Shown piece after piece: positions 1 to 35,035 of a stretch of DNA of 64,000 nt. A model generated the notes under the pieces. The model had not been told where the DNA came from. It saw nothing but the letters and a program-made list of their open reading frames with translations, and ran no database searches. Position 1 is the stretch's first letter; each line of letters opens with the position of its first letter. The position numbers and the translations under genes are program-made. This DNA comes from Chrysomallon squamiferum (Eukaryota > Animalia > Mollusca), in the NCBI GenBank assembly GCA_012295275.1, contig CM022672.1, forward strand, positions 30,442,001-30,506,000. Reading direction: 5' to 3'.

Positions 1-266
1 CGCGCTACATAAATTACGTGATAGGTGCCTGTTATTTTATACGCGCTACATAAATTACGTGATAGGTGTCTGTTATTTTATACGCGCTAAATAAATTACA
101 TGATAGGTGTGTGCTATTTTATAAACGCTACATGAATTACGTGATAGGTGTCTGTTATTTTATATGCGCTAAATAAATTACGTGATAGGTGTCTGTTATT
201 TTATACGCGCTACATAAATTACGTGATAGGTGTCTTATTTTATACGCGCTACATAAATTACGTGAT
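1..266. repeat. Minisatellite, about 41-42 bp unit, 6 or more copies (runs off the window edge)
   Basis: Repeated cgcgctacataaattacgtgataggtgtctgttattttata. Confidence 0.95.
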
Positions 267-279
267 GTGTTTTTTATTG

Positions 280-19999
<19,720 letters not shown>

Positions 20000-20782
20000 C
20001 TGAAAAAAAAAAAAAAAACAATGAACATAATAACAACAACGACAACAACAACAATCATAATAAAAATAATGTATATTAAAACAGCTTCTCCTCTCTTTGT
20101 ATATATGTATATATGTATGTTTGTACGTATGTATATATATATATGTATGTATGTATTGATTAGACTCTGCACATAGAAAATATTCGGAAATGACTGACAC
20201 AGGAGGACGAAGTCAGATGTATTTATGTATACGTACTTTTGCGTGTGTGTGTGTGTATGTGTGTGTGTATTGTACGTGTGCATGTGTGTATGTGCGTATG
20301 TGTCCTGCCTGCATCAATGTTATAATTCTGTGATTTGCTAATTATTTAATTTTCTATTTCCCTTTCTTCTCACTTTCATTCTCTCGTTTATCGACTTTCA
20401 GTAAAATACATCTGAACAAAATTTTCCACACAGATTTGGGAGTCAAAACATCCATAAAACAAGATATATATTATAATGTGTCATGTTGTTATTTAATCTT
20501 CGGTTGTTGTTTTTTCTGTTCCGTTGTCATTGGCAACAATAGTTACACTATCTCACAAAAATGTGACAGGGAGAGAGAGAGAGAGAAAACTTGCCACATA
20601 CATGATGTTATCACAAAACGTCGTAAACGACTAAATAACTTAAAAGATCGACGTGCCTTTGAAATCAGTTTCGACCTTCACCTTTCAATATCACGTGATC
20701 AAACCGTTTTCAAAGTTAATTTATTTTTAAGTTGTCGATTACCTGATCCAAGCAGCAGTAATCGTCGTTTAATAACATACAA

Positions 20783-20818
<36 letters not shown>

Positions 20819-21053
20819 ATGCTTTTATTAACAAGGATCTTACGTTTCATGAATGATAAAAGGCAAAGAGAGAACGTAATTAGCAAATACATAGACATAT
20901 ACACATATATTGTGTGTTGTGTGTTTGTGTGTATATGTGTGCATATATTTGTAAGTGCATGTGTATGCGTGCGTACATACGACTATATATATGTGTGTGT
21001 GTGTATATCTATGTATCCATCTATCTATATTTGTATTTATGCATGTATGTATC

Positions 21054-21084
<31 letters not shown>

Positions 21085-21464
21085 GCATGTATGTTTTGCA
21101 TAATTATATTTGTACCCATATATACACCCATAAAGATAATCCTTATGCAGCTGTAATGGTTTAATGCAGATAATACGGGCTTCCATTACAACTGTGTTTT
21201 ATCTAATCGTTATAGAAGACGCTGATGTCGTCCTGAACTGGTAAACACAACAGCAGATCCACATACGAAAAACACAGACACAGAAGATAGCCACAACTAA
21301 CTGAGCTGATCTACGTTTTGGCTGTCTTCTAAATTCAGACAGTTTAAATAGCACAGAACCCTAAACACTTGAAAACAATTGTCTATTCTTGATACATTTT
21401 GTGAGACAAGGACACACACACACACAGACACACACACACACACAGACACATACACAGACACACA

Positions 21465-21496
<32 letters not shown>

Positions 21497-22447
21497 ATAC
21501 ATGTATAGTTATTACATAGTGGACTCTGTAAAAACCGGCCTTTGACTAATCCAGCCACAATTATAAACATCCGTTAATCTCTTATGAATAAAATCCTGTC
21601 TAATCCGGATGCTGTCTATTTCAGATCCCGGGTGTAAATTACAGCGGAAGAAAAAAAAAAAAAAAAATTATAAAAAAAGATAGAGAAAAAAAAGAAAGAA
21701 CAATTTACACAGTAATTATCATTGTCAAACAACCGCACTGAACTTTGCAAGTACGATCCTTTATTCAACAATGACAGCAATTTGTACGTAATTTGACTAA
21801 CCGCGTGAGATGAAATGATCGCGATTTTTTGAAGGATTAATAAACAACGATACAGTACTTCTTGTATTTACTGTATGCAGGTAGACGAACGAGATTATTA
21901 TTATCACTGAAACCTAAGTACAGTCACTCATTTAGATTTAGTATCAAAAGCGAAGTTTGCTTAAATACTTATGGCGCACAGGCTGCATTGTTTTATTTAG
22001 TTTGTCGTAATGACAACGTATCAAACTCTCATTGCTGTCTAAAGTGAAATTAATATAGAGGTTTCATCAGATTCACAGAGGGATAATTGAGTGTCATATG
22101 AAGAGATGAAATCCCATATTAAATCTCTCTGTACACCTCCCTAACAAACCGATGCTATCACCTGCTATCCCGTCATGCACAAGTCATCACTTTGCGATTA
22201 AAGACTAGACACAACAGACTCCATCAGCACGTGCAATAAGAAGTTCCGGCTGGTATCTTCTTCCATGTGGAGAAACAGACCAGACGACAAAACTTGTCAT
22301 CCAAAACTGCACAAACCTACAGCAGCACAGACAGACTACCTGGACAACTACAACAACTCTCTAGAATAAGCTGTACGTCACGAGATGTGATCTACAGAGA
22401 AGAGTGTCATTCATAGCCACTGCTGCCTTGATAAAACAAGCGATCGG

Positions 22448-22483
<36 letters not shown>

Positions 22484-23111
22484 AAAATAAATCAATCAAT
22501 CAATAAATAAAATAAATCAATAAAATAATAAAGAAATCAATAATAAAAAAATAAATAAATAAATAAATAAAATATTAATCAAATCCACATTGTATTTAGC
22601 TATGCAATTTGAAACGTAGTGACCGTTATCGGCAACATTTCAGCAGAGAGAAAACGAGCAACAACCGACACTTTTGAAAATCTGAATGGATTGACGATAC
22701 AAACAAACTTTCGTACACTGACGTTCTTAAAATGATAAAAACAAATTCAATCTTTTGCTGCTGCTACCGGAAACAGACTTTTCAAGCGATATTAAACACG
22801 GAGGCCATGACAGAGAAGTTTGCTTTAAAGAGAAACATGAAAAACAAAACACCAAAAAAAACCCCCGCAGTTATCAGTGACAGACTCTTTCTCAGCAGAC
22901 ACTTGACAGACGTTAAACTGCAGTAGTTGTAATACAACACATTCCAGTTTCACGTTAATCTTTATAAACCATAAACCATGTCGGAAACGCCAGATGTCGC
23001 TGATAGGAAGCGAATCCAGTTTTGACAGTCCACTGAGTGTGTAAAACTAAATAAATAAATAAATAAACCAAACAAACAAATCGAAACAGAAAGAATGAAA
23101 AAAACAATAAA

Positions 23112-23186
<75 letters not shown>

Positions 23187-23953
23187 TATTATTATTATTA
23201 TTATTATTATTTTTTAAATTAGCCTCTTTTGATCGTATGTATAAACAGACTGATACTGCTGGCGGTTATTCATCCGGAAACGGTTCATTTTCAGCGGATG
23301 CTTGTCTCGAACTGTATCACAAATTTTATTTGTCTAAATATTCAACTGCAACTTCAGTTGAAGATGAACAGGAAGAAAATATTTTTGGAGTACTCGTACT
23401 TCCTAGTAAATAAATATGTGACGGAATATTTCGCAGACGATCCAAATGGCTATTCGACCTAAAGATGAGAGCGGAAATAACACAGATGAAAAAAAAAAAA
23501 AAAACTCGCAAACATGAATAGATGATAAAAGAGATTCTGAATTGTTCATAGTTACAGAGAAGGTAGTTATTGTCAGTTATTTTGTTTTGTTTTTGTTGCC
23601 AGTTAATTTATATTTTTAATGGATCGCATTTTAATAGAAAATATTCTTGTCTACATATTTTCGACAGCAACCTGTTTTTGATAACATTCATAAAACGCAT
23701 TGATCGTTTACAAAACCTGTAGAACATAACTGGAAATGTTGTTTTGGGGGTTTATTTTACCAAAGTCAACGAAAACAGTTTGGGAAATAAATAGCGAAAT
23801 AGACAAATAAATAGACAGACAGACATTACTATCTTGATCGTCTATAAACCTGTAGAACATAACTGGAAATGTTGTTTTGAGGATTATTTTATGAAAGTTG
23901 ACAAATTAACAAAACAATAACCCCCCCAGACATGTATAGATATTATTTACTTT

Positions 23954-24069
<116 letters not shown>

Positions 24070-26884
24070 ATTTTTCCAACTCAGTATATCAAGAAACGTC
24101 CTTGTAATTAATCGTTGTGTGACATGACAGGTGTTTATACCTGATATCGGTACACAACATGCACAAATCTATCATAATGTGAATGTAATGCAGTCAAGCT
24201 TACAAGGTCGATCTCAAGATAACAGATATAAATCGCTAATGTGACCGTTATATATATACACATGAAAGGTACTGAAAAAAAAAATAAACTAAACTAAAAT
24301 AAAAATAAATAAATAAAAAAATAAAAAAATAATAATAAAATAAATTAATAACATCTGATAAAAAAAAAAAAAAAAATAATAATAAACATAAACACAAAAA
24401 TAATAAAATAAATCAATAAATCAATAAAAAATAAATAAATAAAAATAAATAAAAATAGAATGCGATACGAAATGCTCAAAACAGGAACGGGTTATTGAGA
24501 GAATTTCTTAACGGTATATTTATAGATCAGCTGCTAAGGGAAAGGTAAAAACAGCAGACAGGAACTGCTAGACTAGAGTGTGTCTTATTCAGTACACGTA
24601 ACTGTCACGCCATCGTCCACAATTTGTCGCCCCCCGTTCAGCTGTCCCTCCGCCCCTCTGCACGCCCCATGCCACGCTACCCCGCCTACAATCACGGTGA
24701 TTCGTAACAGAAATCCGAAAAAAAACGTTTTAATCGCGGCAAAACGGAGGTAATAGAACTTTGATTTCATTTCTGCGGTGATTTAATATCACCCTGAATA
24801 TCGTATTTTCGCAATACGTTTGTTTTTAAATATCGTATAGTGGCGTTAAACTCATGAAAACGTGATAGAGAGCTAAAATAAAATTAGAATAAAATTATCT
24901 TCTAAATCATTCCAAATCAAGTATCCTGATATTAAAAAAAAAAAAAATCACGTTTTGGAAGACACAGTTATAATTTTAAAAAAACGTTTTAGAAAGCATA
25001 CTTGAACATTTTTGTTGCCATTGTTACATTTCAGACTCATTTTGGTGCGGTTTACTTCAGTATATTTCTAGTCTTATCTAAGTCATATTAAAACTTACTC
25101 TCTGTTTATGGATGATACACTTATTTACAACAATGACGACGACGACGACGATGATAAATAAATAAATAAATATATAAATAAACCCAAAACAAACAAACAA
25201 TAACATCAAAATAATAATAATAATAAAAATAACAATAAATAAATTAAATAATAATAATAATAAAATACACATGCACGCACACACACACAGACTCACAGAT
25301 ACATTAACTATATATATTTAACCTACTAACCAATCATATTCATTCTTCAGTTCTGCTCAGTTAATTATCATAAACTATTACTGCTGAGACCTAACGTAAT
25401 TAGTACAAGTACTTGTGATCGCACGTTCTCTTCTCCTACGTCACAGCAGGTTACGTCACAGACTGTATCTAATCGCAAGCCGTACATGAACCCCCGGTGT
25501 GAATGTTACCACTAGAAGCACTCATTTTAATCGCAAGAATAAAATAAAAAAATAGAAAAATAAAAGAACACAGCGAGTTTTTATTCTAACTTTCCAAACA
25601 GTGACATCGATGATTGCGACCCTTCAGGCTACGTTATGTTAACTATAAAATCTCTCTCCGACGACAGCTGGTACATTGCCTCCGCGTGCAGTTGTCGTCT
25701 GCTGGTGCGCGCGCTATCGGATTACCCATCATAAAACATAGCAATATCGTTTCACAACACGCGTATCAATAGAACGATACATCTTATACATCTATCTGTC
25801 AATAATTACAGACTACAAACGTTCATCTAAGATGTGTATCTGTAATTAGACACTAGAGTATTCAATTAACATATGGTTCAGTAAACAGAGAATATAAACG
25901 ACGTATCAATGACTGCATACCGTGAAATAAATCAAACATAAGCATTAATGACTAGATAGTTTAAATATTTGACATGCGCATCAGCAACTACATATGATGA
26001 GATATATCAATAAACTACGAGATATAACAAATATCTAAATAATATGAAACAGTTGACATACATATCAGTAACTAATTATTATAAAATATATCAAACCGTA
26101 TCTGAAATGTTCTGTTAGCCATATGTTATGTTGTGTTTATTTTTCTGTCCGGAAGGAAAACTAGTTGCGGATATTTCTGATAACTGTGTTTTCGTACATC
26201 CTGCACTGATAGCATTTAGCGTGTGCGCTCAGTCGTTTCATAGTTGAATCTTTAACGTTACGTTAATTTTACGTTCCGCGGTTGAAGATCACGATAATTT
26301 ACACGTCGAAATTTAAAACGTCATGAACGTAGCAAATAATTCAACTGCACAAAAACGATTGCCATTGTTATTATTAATGCTAGGAGTTTTTAACTTTATT
26401 GCACTTTATTTGAATATTCTGATTTCCGTATAATTATTTATACGTTAGTGTACTCATCTGTAAGAGACACTTAAATGTAATTACGTACATACATACAAAC
26501 ATATATATATACATACATACATACATACATACATACGTACATACATACATACTTACATACATACGTACATACCTCCTGCGCCATTGCGTTCATAAGACAA
26601 ATAATATCAAAATTCCTAAACTACATTGCATGCACACATACATCTATCCACATACATACAAACACACGCACATACATACATATACTACTATGAATACACA
26701 CACAAAAAAATGCTAATACGTATTTGTTGTTTGCGATTTGTGTTGTGTGTATGTATCTGTATATATGTGTGTGTGTTTGTGTGTGCGAGTGTATAATTGT
26801 ATGTCTGTATATATGTATATTATGTGTATATGTGTGTGTGTGTGTGTGTGCGCGTGTTTCTGTTGATATATATATATATATATA

Positions 26885-27970
26885 TATATATTAAACTTGA
26901 AATCATTTTCTTTCAGGCCATAAAAAGATTTTTCGTATCGACATTAACAATAGCTGGATCAGTTTTATTCATATAAATCTCGCAGATTTTCTTGTTGAGA
27001 TTCAAAAGAGTCTCGACTGACTGGAGAAGCTAAAAAGCGACGACAGAAACAGGTTATAAACACATTTATTTTGTTTCCCTCCTGAACCAGAAAATTGTTA
27101 ACACTCGAAATGCAGTCGACGTCTATCGATTATACACTCAAGATAAATATTCTTTTCAGTTCTTTACTTTTCTTTTTTTCTTTTCTCGCCGAAAGTCAGA
27201 AAGTGGAAGTTAATGATCTACATTTATATAAAAAAATATCTTTTGATTATTGATCCATTTACGTATTTTATACATCGATACATACTACATACATGCATAC
27301 ATACATATATACATACTACATACATGCATACATACATATATACATACTACATACATGCATACATACATATATACATACTACATACATTCATACATACATA
27401 CATACATACTACATACATGCATTCATACATATATACATACTACATACATTCATACATACATATATACATACTACACACATACATAACACGTAAGTGTATG
27501 TGCCTGCACGTGTGTGTGTTGTGTGTGTGTCGGCGTGTGTATTTGTATATAAATTGGGTATATATGTGTGTATATGTATATGTCTCTGTGTGTGTGTGAG
27601 TCTGTGTGGTTTGTGTGTGTGTGTGTGTGGAAAGATATATTAACCTTGAAATTATTTTCTTCCAGGCCATAAGTAGCTTTCATGTCGACATTAACAATGG
27701 TAGGATCAGTTTTATTTACAAAAATATCGCAGGTTTTCTCTTTCAGATACAAAAGATTCTCGAGTGACTGGTAAAGTTAAGAAGTGTCGACAGAAACTCG
27801 TTATAACACGTTTATTTTTATCCCCCCCACCCAGAAAATTGTTAACAATGGAAATACACTATCGATTAGACAGACTCGAGATGACTTTTCTTTTCTTTTC
27901 TTGACGAAAGTCAGAAAGTGGAAGTTAATGATCTATATATAATATATAAAATTATCTTTTGATTATTTAT
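26885..27970. repeat. Diverged direct duplication (about 26885-27250 and 27635-27970) separated by a minisatellite of about 32 bp unit and (TG)n
   Basis: Shared ttgaaat.attttct...caggccataa, ccagaaaattgttaaca, cgaaagtcagaaagtggaagttaatgatcta. Confidence 0.88.
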
Positions 27971-28037
27971 TGAACCTCTATGAGTGTGAATGTATGTGTG
28001 TGTGTGCGTGAGACACAGAGAGAGCTAGATATATCAA

Positions 28038-28140
<103 letters not shown>

Positions 28141-28322
28141 GAGTTTGAGACTGGATGTGCATGAGAGATCGAACATAATATTATCTTTACACTTTCAGCT
28201 CAGAATATTAACGTGAAGGAAATAATAAAAATAATAAAACATTTAATAATAATAAATAACAGGTAAAAAAAAGAAGAAAATGGGGAAAAACAAAAATAAA
28301 CAATTTAAAGTACGGGAAAAAG

Positions 28323-28356
<34 letters not shown>

Positions 28357-28546
28357 CATTAATAAATAAATAAATAAATAAATAAATAAGTAAATAAATA
28401 AATAAATAAATAAAACAGTAGGATGAAAGAAAGTGCCTGTTTTTTTCCTCATAACCTATAGACAACAGCAGCAGCAGCGACAACAACAACAACACCAACA
28501 ACAGTGAAAGAAAGTTAAAGGAATAAGGAACGAAGGTAAATGTTAC

Positions 28547-28620
28547 CTGAAAGAGACGCAAAGGAATTTTGAAGCGGAAGCACAGAAAACAAACAGCCGG
28601 TACCATCCATGTGACATCAT
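28547..28620 (-). CDS. Candidate first coding exon of the hexosaminidase (MMSHGWYRLFVFCASASKFLCVSFR)
   Basis: ATG directly after an in-frame TAA; CAG|gtaaca donor in the required phase 2; TCACGTGA about 35 bp upstream. No homology support. Confidence 0.3.
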
Positions 28621-28920
28621 TTACTGATCATCATCCGGGCACTTCACACCTGTCTCACGTGACGCGTTCAACCAGCGATCATATTGCAGAGACAGTACGG
28701 TAACTGAAATAGGAGAAATAATAAATATTAGCAACAACAGCTACTACCATTACGACAGCAACACAAACAAAAACAAGACAAGAGTAGTGCAAATAGAAGT
28801 AATAATAATATAATAATATGATGATGATAGTAATAACATTTTTATTTTATTATTATTATTATTATTATTATTTTTTTTTTTATGTTTTATTGCTCCAGAT
28901 AAAAATTGGTAATAAAAATG

Positions 28921-28967
<47 letters not shown>

Positions 28968-29625
28968 TATAATAATAACGACGACGACGTCGAAAATGAT
29001 GATGTGATGATAAGTATTAGTAGTAGTAGTTGTAGTATCAGTCGTAGTAGTAGTAATACTAATATAAGTAGTTGTAGTAACACCAACAAGAAAAGTATAG
29101 TTTTAATAAAATAACAGACAGTGTTGATACTAACAAAAATTAGTGTAATAGTCGGACAAGGAAATGTTGAAAAAGGTACTAACAAATGACGTTAATAAAA
29201 ATATATATATATATATATATAATTTATGACGATATATAATTTATGACGTCATCGATCGTTCTGTGTATTATGTACGAGAAAGTTAGAGCCGAGACAAAAA
29301 GTTGTGTTTTGTGTTGCGTGATAATGCACTAGATATTATTTGAATGTATATTTAATATGGACAACAAAGAGAAATATCGATAGGATGGCAATAAGGGATA
29401 TTCAGAGCAAAAACACAAACGTCAAATGTGTAGGTAAATACACGAGGGAATTGCAAAGAGATAGCATTGAAAAGTGGAATTGTGTTTCTTGAAATATTTA
29501 AACAGTTACATACACATGCACGCAGATGTAACTATTGACATTAGATAAGATACATTAGATACATACATAAAAGAAATGAAATGTAGACCCAGAGAACGAT
29601 TTCTATAGAAACACACACACACACA

Positions 29626-29658
<33 letters not shown>

Positions 29659-29774
29659 CTACATAATTACATTTGCACGCATGCATTAATATATAAATAA
29701 AATATAAATACACTTATTGACACAGGCATTATCTATACACACAAACATACGCGTATGTATATATACATATATGC

Positions 29775-29843
<69 letters not shown>

Positions 29844-30628
29844 CCAATTTATAGAATGACGCTTATTACAGATATTAAAAAACAGCTTAAAGAAACATAC
29901 CGAGATCTACGTCTATAAACAATTTTTTGTTTTTAAAACGTACATCTGTACGTTACTGGGTCCATTTATATATTACGTGAAAGCTAGGTCAGTATGGTCA
30001 CTAGATTGCTGACTAAGAGCAACTATAGAACTCTGCAGTATCGATAATTAAGTAATCTGTCTTAATTATGATAAGACATTTTTGTATTCGGTCACCAGTG
30101 CACGAGTTTCTAGAAAAGAAAAGAAAATACGACAAGAAGAAGAAGAAGAAAACAAAAGAAACAAAAGAAACAAAGAAACAACGAAAGAAAGAAAAAAATG
30201 AAAAAATGAAAAAAGAAGGAATGAAAAAAAGAAAGAAGAAATTAAAGACTGAAAAGTGAAATAAAATAATAATTTAAATGAAGTAAAAGAAAATAAACTA
30301 AGTATTGTTTAAAGAAAGTAATGAGACATTAAGTAAATATATATATATAAAATAAAGTAAAAGAAACCTAAGGTTAAAATAATGTTATAAAGTAAAATAA
30401 AAGCAAAATTAAATTGTATAATGATGTTGTGTAAAGCAAATATTAAAACAAACAAATAAATAAATAAATAATGATGATGATTATTATTATGACGATGAAA
30501 ATACTATTGCTTCTAGTACTAATAATAATAACTGTAATAATTGCATTAACAACAACAATAATAGTAATAATAACAAAAACAACAATAACAACAACATTAA
30601 CAATAACAATCACAATAACAATAATAAC

Positions 30629-30689
<61 letters not shown>

Positions 30690-30779
30690 GCAATAACAAT
30701 AATACAACAACAATAATAAATAAAATTAAATCAAAATCCGTTGATTAAATTAAAGGAAAAGTAAAAACAAAACATTAAA

Positions 30780-30823
<44 letters not shown>

Positions 30824-30944
30824 AAACAATAAATAATCTAAATAATTAATGAAAACAAAATATATATGTGTCATAGATTTAGTCCTCATGATCAACAAAA
30901 TGGTTATCATCATCTCTTTATCATTATTATTTTAAACAGAAAAA

Positions 30945-30979
<35 letters not shown>

Positions 30980-31592
30980 ATTAATAAATTAATATATTTA
31001 CGCTGCAAAAGACAAATAAATAGCTCCTGTAATGAAATACTTGCTCTCAAAACGAAGTTTGAAATTCACATTGTTAGCATCAGACACTTCCATTAAAGGA
31101 TGTATAAACACAATGTTATTATTATCAATGCGTTTCAAACGTAAAAGTCAAAGATATGACCTTTGTATAATGACACTATCGGAATGATGACGGGTTTATT
31201 TAAAGATCAGATGAATTTGTCAAATTAAACAAACCATACTGATAACGAGATGATAACGCTCCGTTATATTACGATTAGCGGGAAGTGTTCCCTTGTCTGC
31301 ACCTTCCCATATGCAGGAAAGCTGAAGAAGGAAGCTCGACTGGTACATGCTATCTTTTATATTCGTATCTCAGATTATCAAGGACTCGTCACATTTTTTC
31401 TACGTCGAGGAAGATCGGGAAGTAATGCAAAAGAAAATATGTAATCTGCGACTATGTCTTAAGTCCGAAATAAAAACCTTATTTAACTATGATACAAAAA
31501 TCAGTAAATAAGTAAGTAAGTAAGTAACTAAATAAATAACAGAAATAGAAATAATAATAATAAAACAGTCACCTCGAATATAAAAATAATTA

Positions 31593-31688
<96 letters not shown>

Positions 31689-31809
31689 GTGTGTTTTTTT
31701 TTCTTCACAATTATGGGAAATATTAAAGACTTCTTTTTAAAAAAAAAAAAAAAAAAAAAATGTTCTAGAGTTTTAAAAATGTATCTTTTGTTATATATCA
31801 CCTCTATTA

Positions 31810-32210
31810 CAAAAAAGCTAGTGGTAGTTCAGTAACCATAGCATTTCTCAGGCATCCAAAACTAGTACCGAAACCTCCCCCCCGTGTTTCTCTAGAACTG
31901 CCCTGATTTACAAATAATATTATAGCTTGTCACGTGAGGCAATTGTTTCGTATTTCCTTGGTTTGACACTCGAGCCAAAAAAAACAACAACCCAGAAATA
32001 AAACCGTACGTAACGAAAGCAGACAAATGGCGGGAAGATAAAAGAAAAATCTAGTGGTAGTTCAATAAATATAATATTTCGCAGACATCCAAAATAAACC
32101 ACCACCGAAACCTCCCCCCGTGTTTATTAAGAACTGCCCTGATTTAAAAATAATACCATGGCCTCGTCACGTGACACAATTGTTTCACATTTCCTGAGTT
32201 TGACACGCGA
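31810..32210. repeat. Direct duplication with offset about 235 bp
   Basis: Shared ctagtggtagttca, accgaaacctccccccgtgttt, agaactgccctgattta, gtcacgtga, gtttgacac. Confidence 0.88.
32166..32175. promoter_or_regulatory. Perfect CLEAR/E-box palindrome GTCACGTGAC
   Basis: Exact consensus, lying within a local duplication upstream of the hexosaminidase. Confidence 0.35.
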
Positions 32211-32623
32211 TTAAAAAGCAGAATTACAATTGTATACAACGAAACTGATAAATGGCGGGAAAATATCGCGTTACGTCTGCAGGACCGCGCGCCGGTTATC
32301 GCCTGCTGCTTGAAGAGGGGCAGTGACTTGACGATGGTTTTTGTCTTTATTGTCGATCGATAAAACAGAGATAAAATAATGATAATAGTAGTAGTAAAAA
32401 AATCTCAGAGATCAAAAATATAATAGGCTCTATTCATCGCAAGTAATCGGATAATGAAGAAAATGTTGACAATCGGCTAACATTTGTATTTTTTATTTTT
32501 TTAACAAATATGATAAAAGTACTCCAGCCTCTTGTTTGATATTGCAGAAAGAAGCCAGTAGAATAAGAGAGAAACCTATCAATCAAATAAAAATTAAAAT
32601 TAAAATAAAAAAAATTAAAATAA

Positions 32624-32678
<55 letters not shown>

Positions 32679-33075
32679 TCTGATTAGAAAAATGAAGAGT
32701 AAATGAATTTTCCTTATTCTAAGTTGTTTTACTGCCATCAGCGATTTGTCGGTGACATCATGACCAAGTTGTGTGCGCGCGTGTGTGTGTGCGTGTGTGT
32801 GCGTGTGTGTGTAAAACAATACTCCTATAGTTACACCTCATTTATTAACACTGGTCGGAAATAATAATTAAAAATAAATAAATAAATAAAATAAAATAAA
32901 ATAATAATAAAACATAAATAAAATAAAATAAAATAGGACAAAATAAAACACACCATAATTTAAATGTTGTTACCCATCTAAACATACAAATATAATTATG
33001 TCGATTACTGCACTGTTAATTCAGTTCTCTGTCTGTCTGTGTGTCTGAACAGAAACGTGTCGCTTATTGCAAGGT

Positions 33076-34162
33076 GGGGTAAGGTGGGGGTAATTCTGGC
33101 CCCAGGGGAATTCTGGCTCCTAAGGCATATTATAACTTACAGCCACTATATTGTTCTGTGCAGGCTTCTGGAACTTTGTTGATATAAACAGAACATTCCT
33201 ATCTCATTAGAACAAAGGATGTAGGTACGCAGCCATTTACATGTGAAGTATAGTGGCCATGAAAGTAGTGAAAAAATCAAGGTTGTAAAAAAAAAAGTGC
33301 ATTTTAAGGTTTCAAAAGTTTCTATTTTTTTTATTCCTATAGACATAAGGTTAGTGGTAACTTATAACAGGTAACCATATAATCAGTTATTAAGTTCAGC
33401 AGAAGAAGCTTGATTAATATGTAGTAATTAGGAAAGAAGTGTATGTTTTATTTTACTCCACCACTTGGGGCAATTCTGGTCCCCGTGGATGGGGTAAATC
33501 TGGCCCCCATATGTGATGCTGAAATCAATCTAAAAATTTGAATCAATTGAAAGTCCACGGTCCGTCTGTTTCAAACCAGTGCTGAGGTGACAGAAGAAGA
33601 AAGTGTCAACAGTTACGTCTGGAAAGGAGGAAAAAAGACAGAGAGAACAATGGTGTCCGCAGATACAAAGGCAAATTCAGTTTGAATTACAGCAGAACCG
33701 GTGGATGCAGTCAAAGAAAACGTTGATGGTCTGAACATACAGTAGATACACAAGAACATGAACTCTGTGGCAGAGTTGATGATGGCAATGACACTTAGGA
33801 TGTGAATGCCCTGATCTTGATTCTTGCAAATTGAAATCAACTGGTGCGGACTTGAAAGATAAAAGTTTTTGAAGTTCTGAAAACCGATATAATTCGTATA
33901 ATTATCATTATACAATGTTTATATGCAATAATCAGTAGAACAAATTTGAGGACAAAATACGTGGAGCCCAGATAAATCAACGATGGCACAATCTGGCCCA
34001 TGACAACAATTTTAACCTGGTTCCCATTTCAAAATATAAACACTGTGCATACAATGTTTGTGTATTTTGAAGAAGAAATAGATATACACACATTATTCAC
34101 TCCATTTTGTTGTTTCCTTTAGTCACTGTAGGTGAGGTTGAATGGAGAAGGGGCCAGAATTA
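33076..34162. mobile_element. Probable non-autonomous DNA transposon remnant, about 1.1 kb
   Basis: TAATTCTGGCCCC (33091-33103) is inverted as GGGGCCAGAATTA (34150-34162); further direct copies of the motif near 33105 and 33467-33508; no intact ORF. Confidence 0.6.
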
Positions 34163-34339
34163 AATGAGTTCTGATGTGTTTATCAATGGAATGGATAGTC
34201 AACTGAAGCACGTCTGGGACGTGTCCGTTGTTGTAAACTTATTTAAGAACTAAAAAAACAATGCAATACACTGTAATCTGATCTGCTGCAATTATCAACG
34301 CGCCACTTAAAATTTGCTTAGAAACCGATATAATCGATA

Positions 34340-34364
34340 GATATATACATATATGTACATACAT

Positions 34365-34396
<32 letters not shown>

Positions 34397-34532
34397 GCAC
34401 ACATATACATATACACACACACACACACACATATGTATTAAATACTTTTATCTGGAATGGATAGCAACTGAAGGACAATAAGAACAAAAAAGAATGGAAT
34501 GTATACGCACAGAAAGACAGCTAGAGAGAGAC

Positions 34533-34600
<68 letters not shown>
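34340..34600 (-). repeat. Dispersed repeat B copy 2
   Basis: Same core and same flanking microsatellite types, inverted. Confidence 0.85.
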
Positions 34601-34602
<2 letters not shown>

Positions 34603-34940
34603 CAGAATGTCGACGACCCCCAAAAATAAATCTTCAGCCAAGTCGGCATTTTTTTTAAAGGAATTTTATGATTTTATCACTGACCTACACATACCTTAAA
34701 TAATTCAGTTTCTAACCAGGGAGAGATTTGCCACAGACACGGCTGATTAAATTTCAGGATGATATTACATTGGTTTATAGAAAATCAACCTTCTGTGAAG
34801 TTTAGAAACGAACTTGGTAAGGAGACAAAAATATCCAAAACCAGAATTATCATCATCAACAGTCACAGGTAACACGCGCACACAATGAAATATATACATA
34901 AGAAAAAAGAAAGACACATCTAAATTATCAAGTATTACAT

Positions 34941-35035
<95 letters not shown>

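Noticed and set aside
21515-21640. Possible pogo-like MITE end (agtggactctg...)
   Set aside because: No matching second terminus found; too degraded to call
23700-23902. Short direct duplication of about 60 bp (aaacctgtagaacataactggaaatgttgttttg)
   Set aside because: Real, but an ordinary local duplication with no LTR or TSD features
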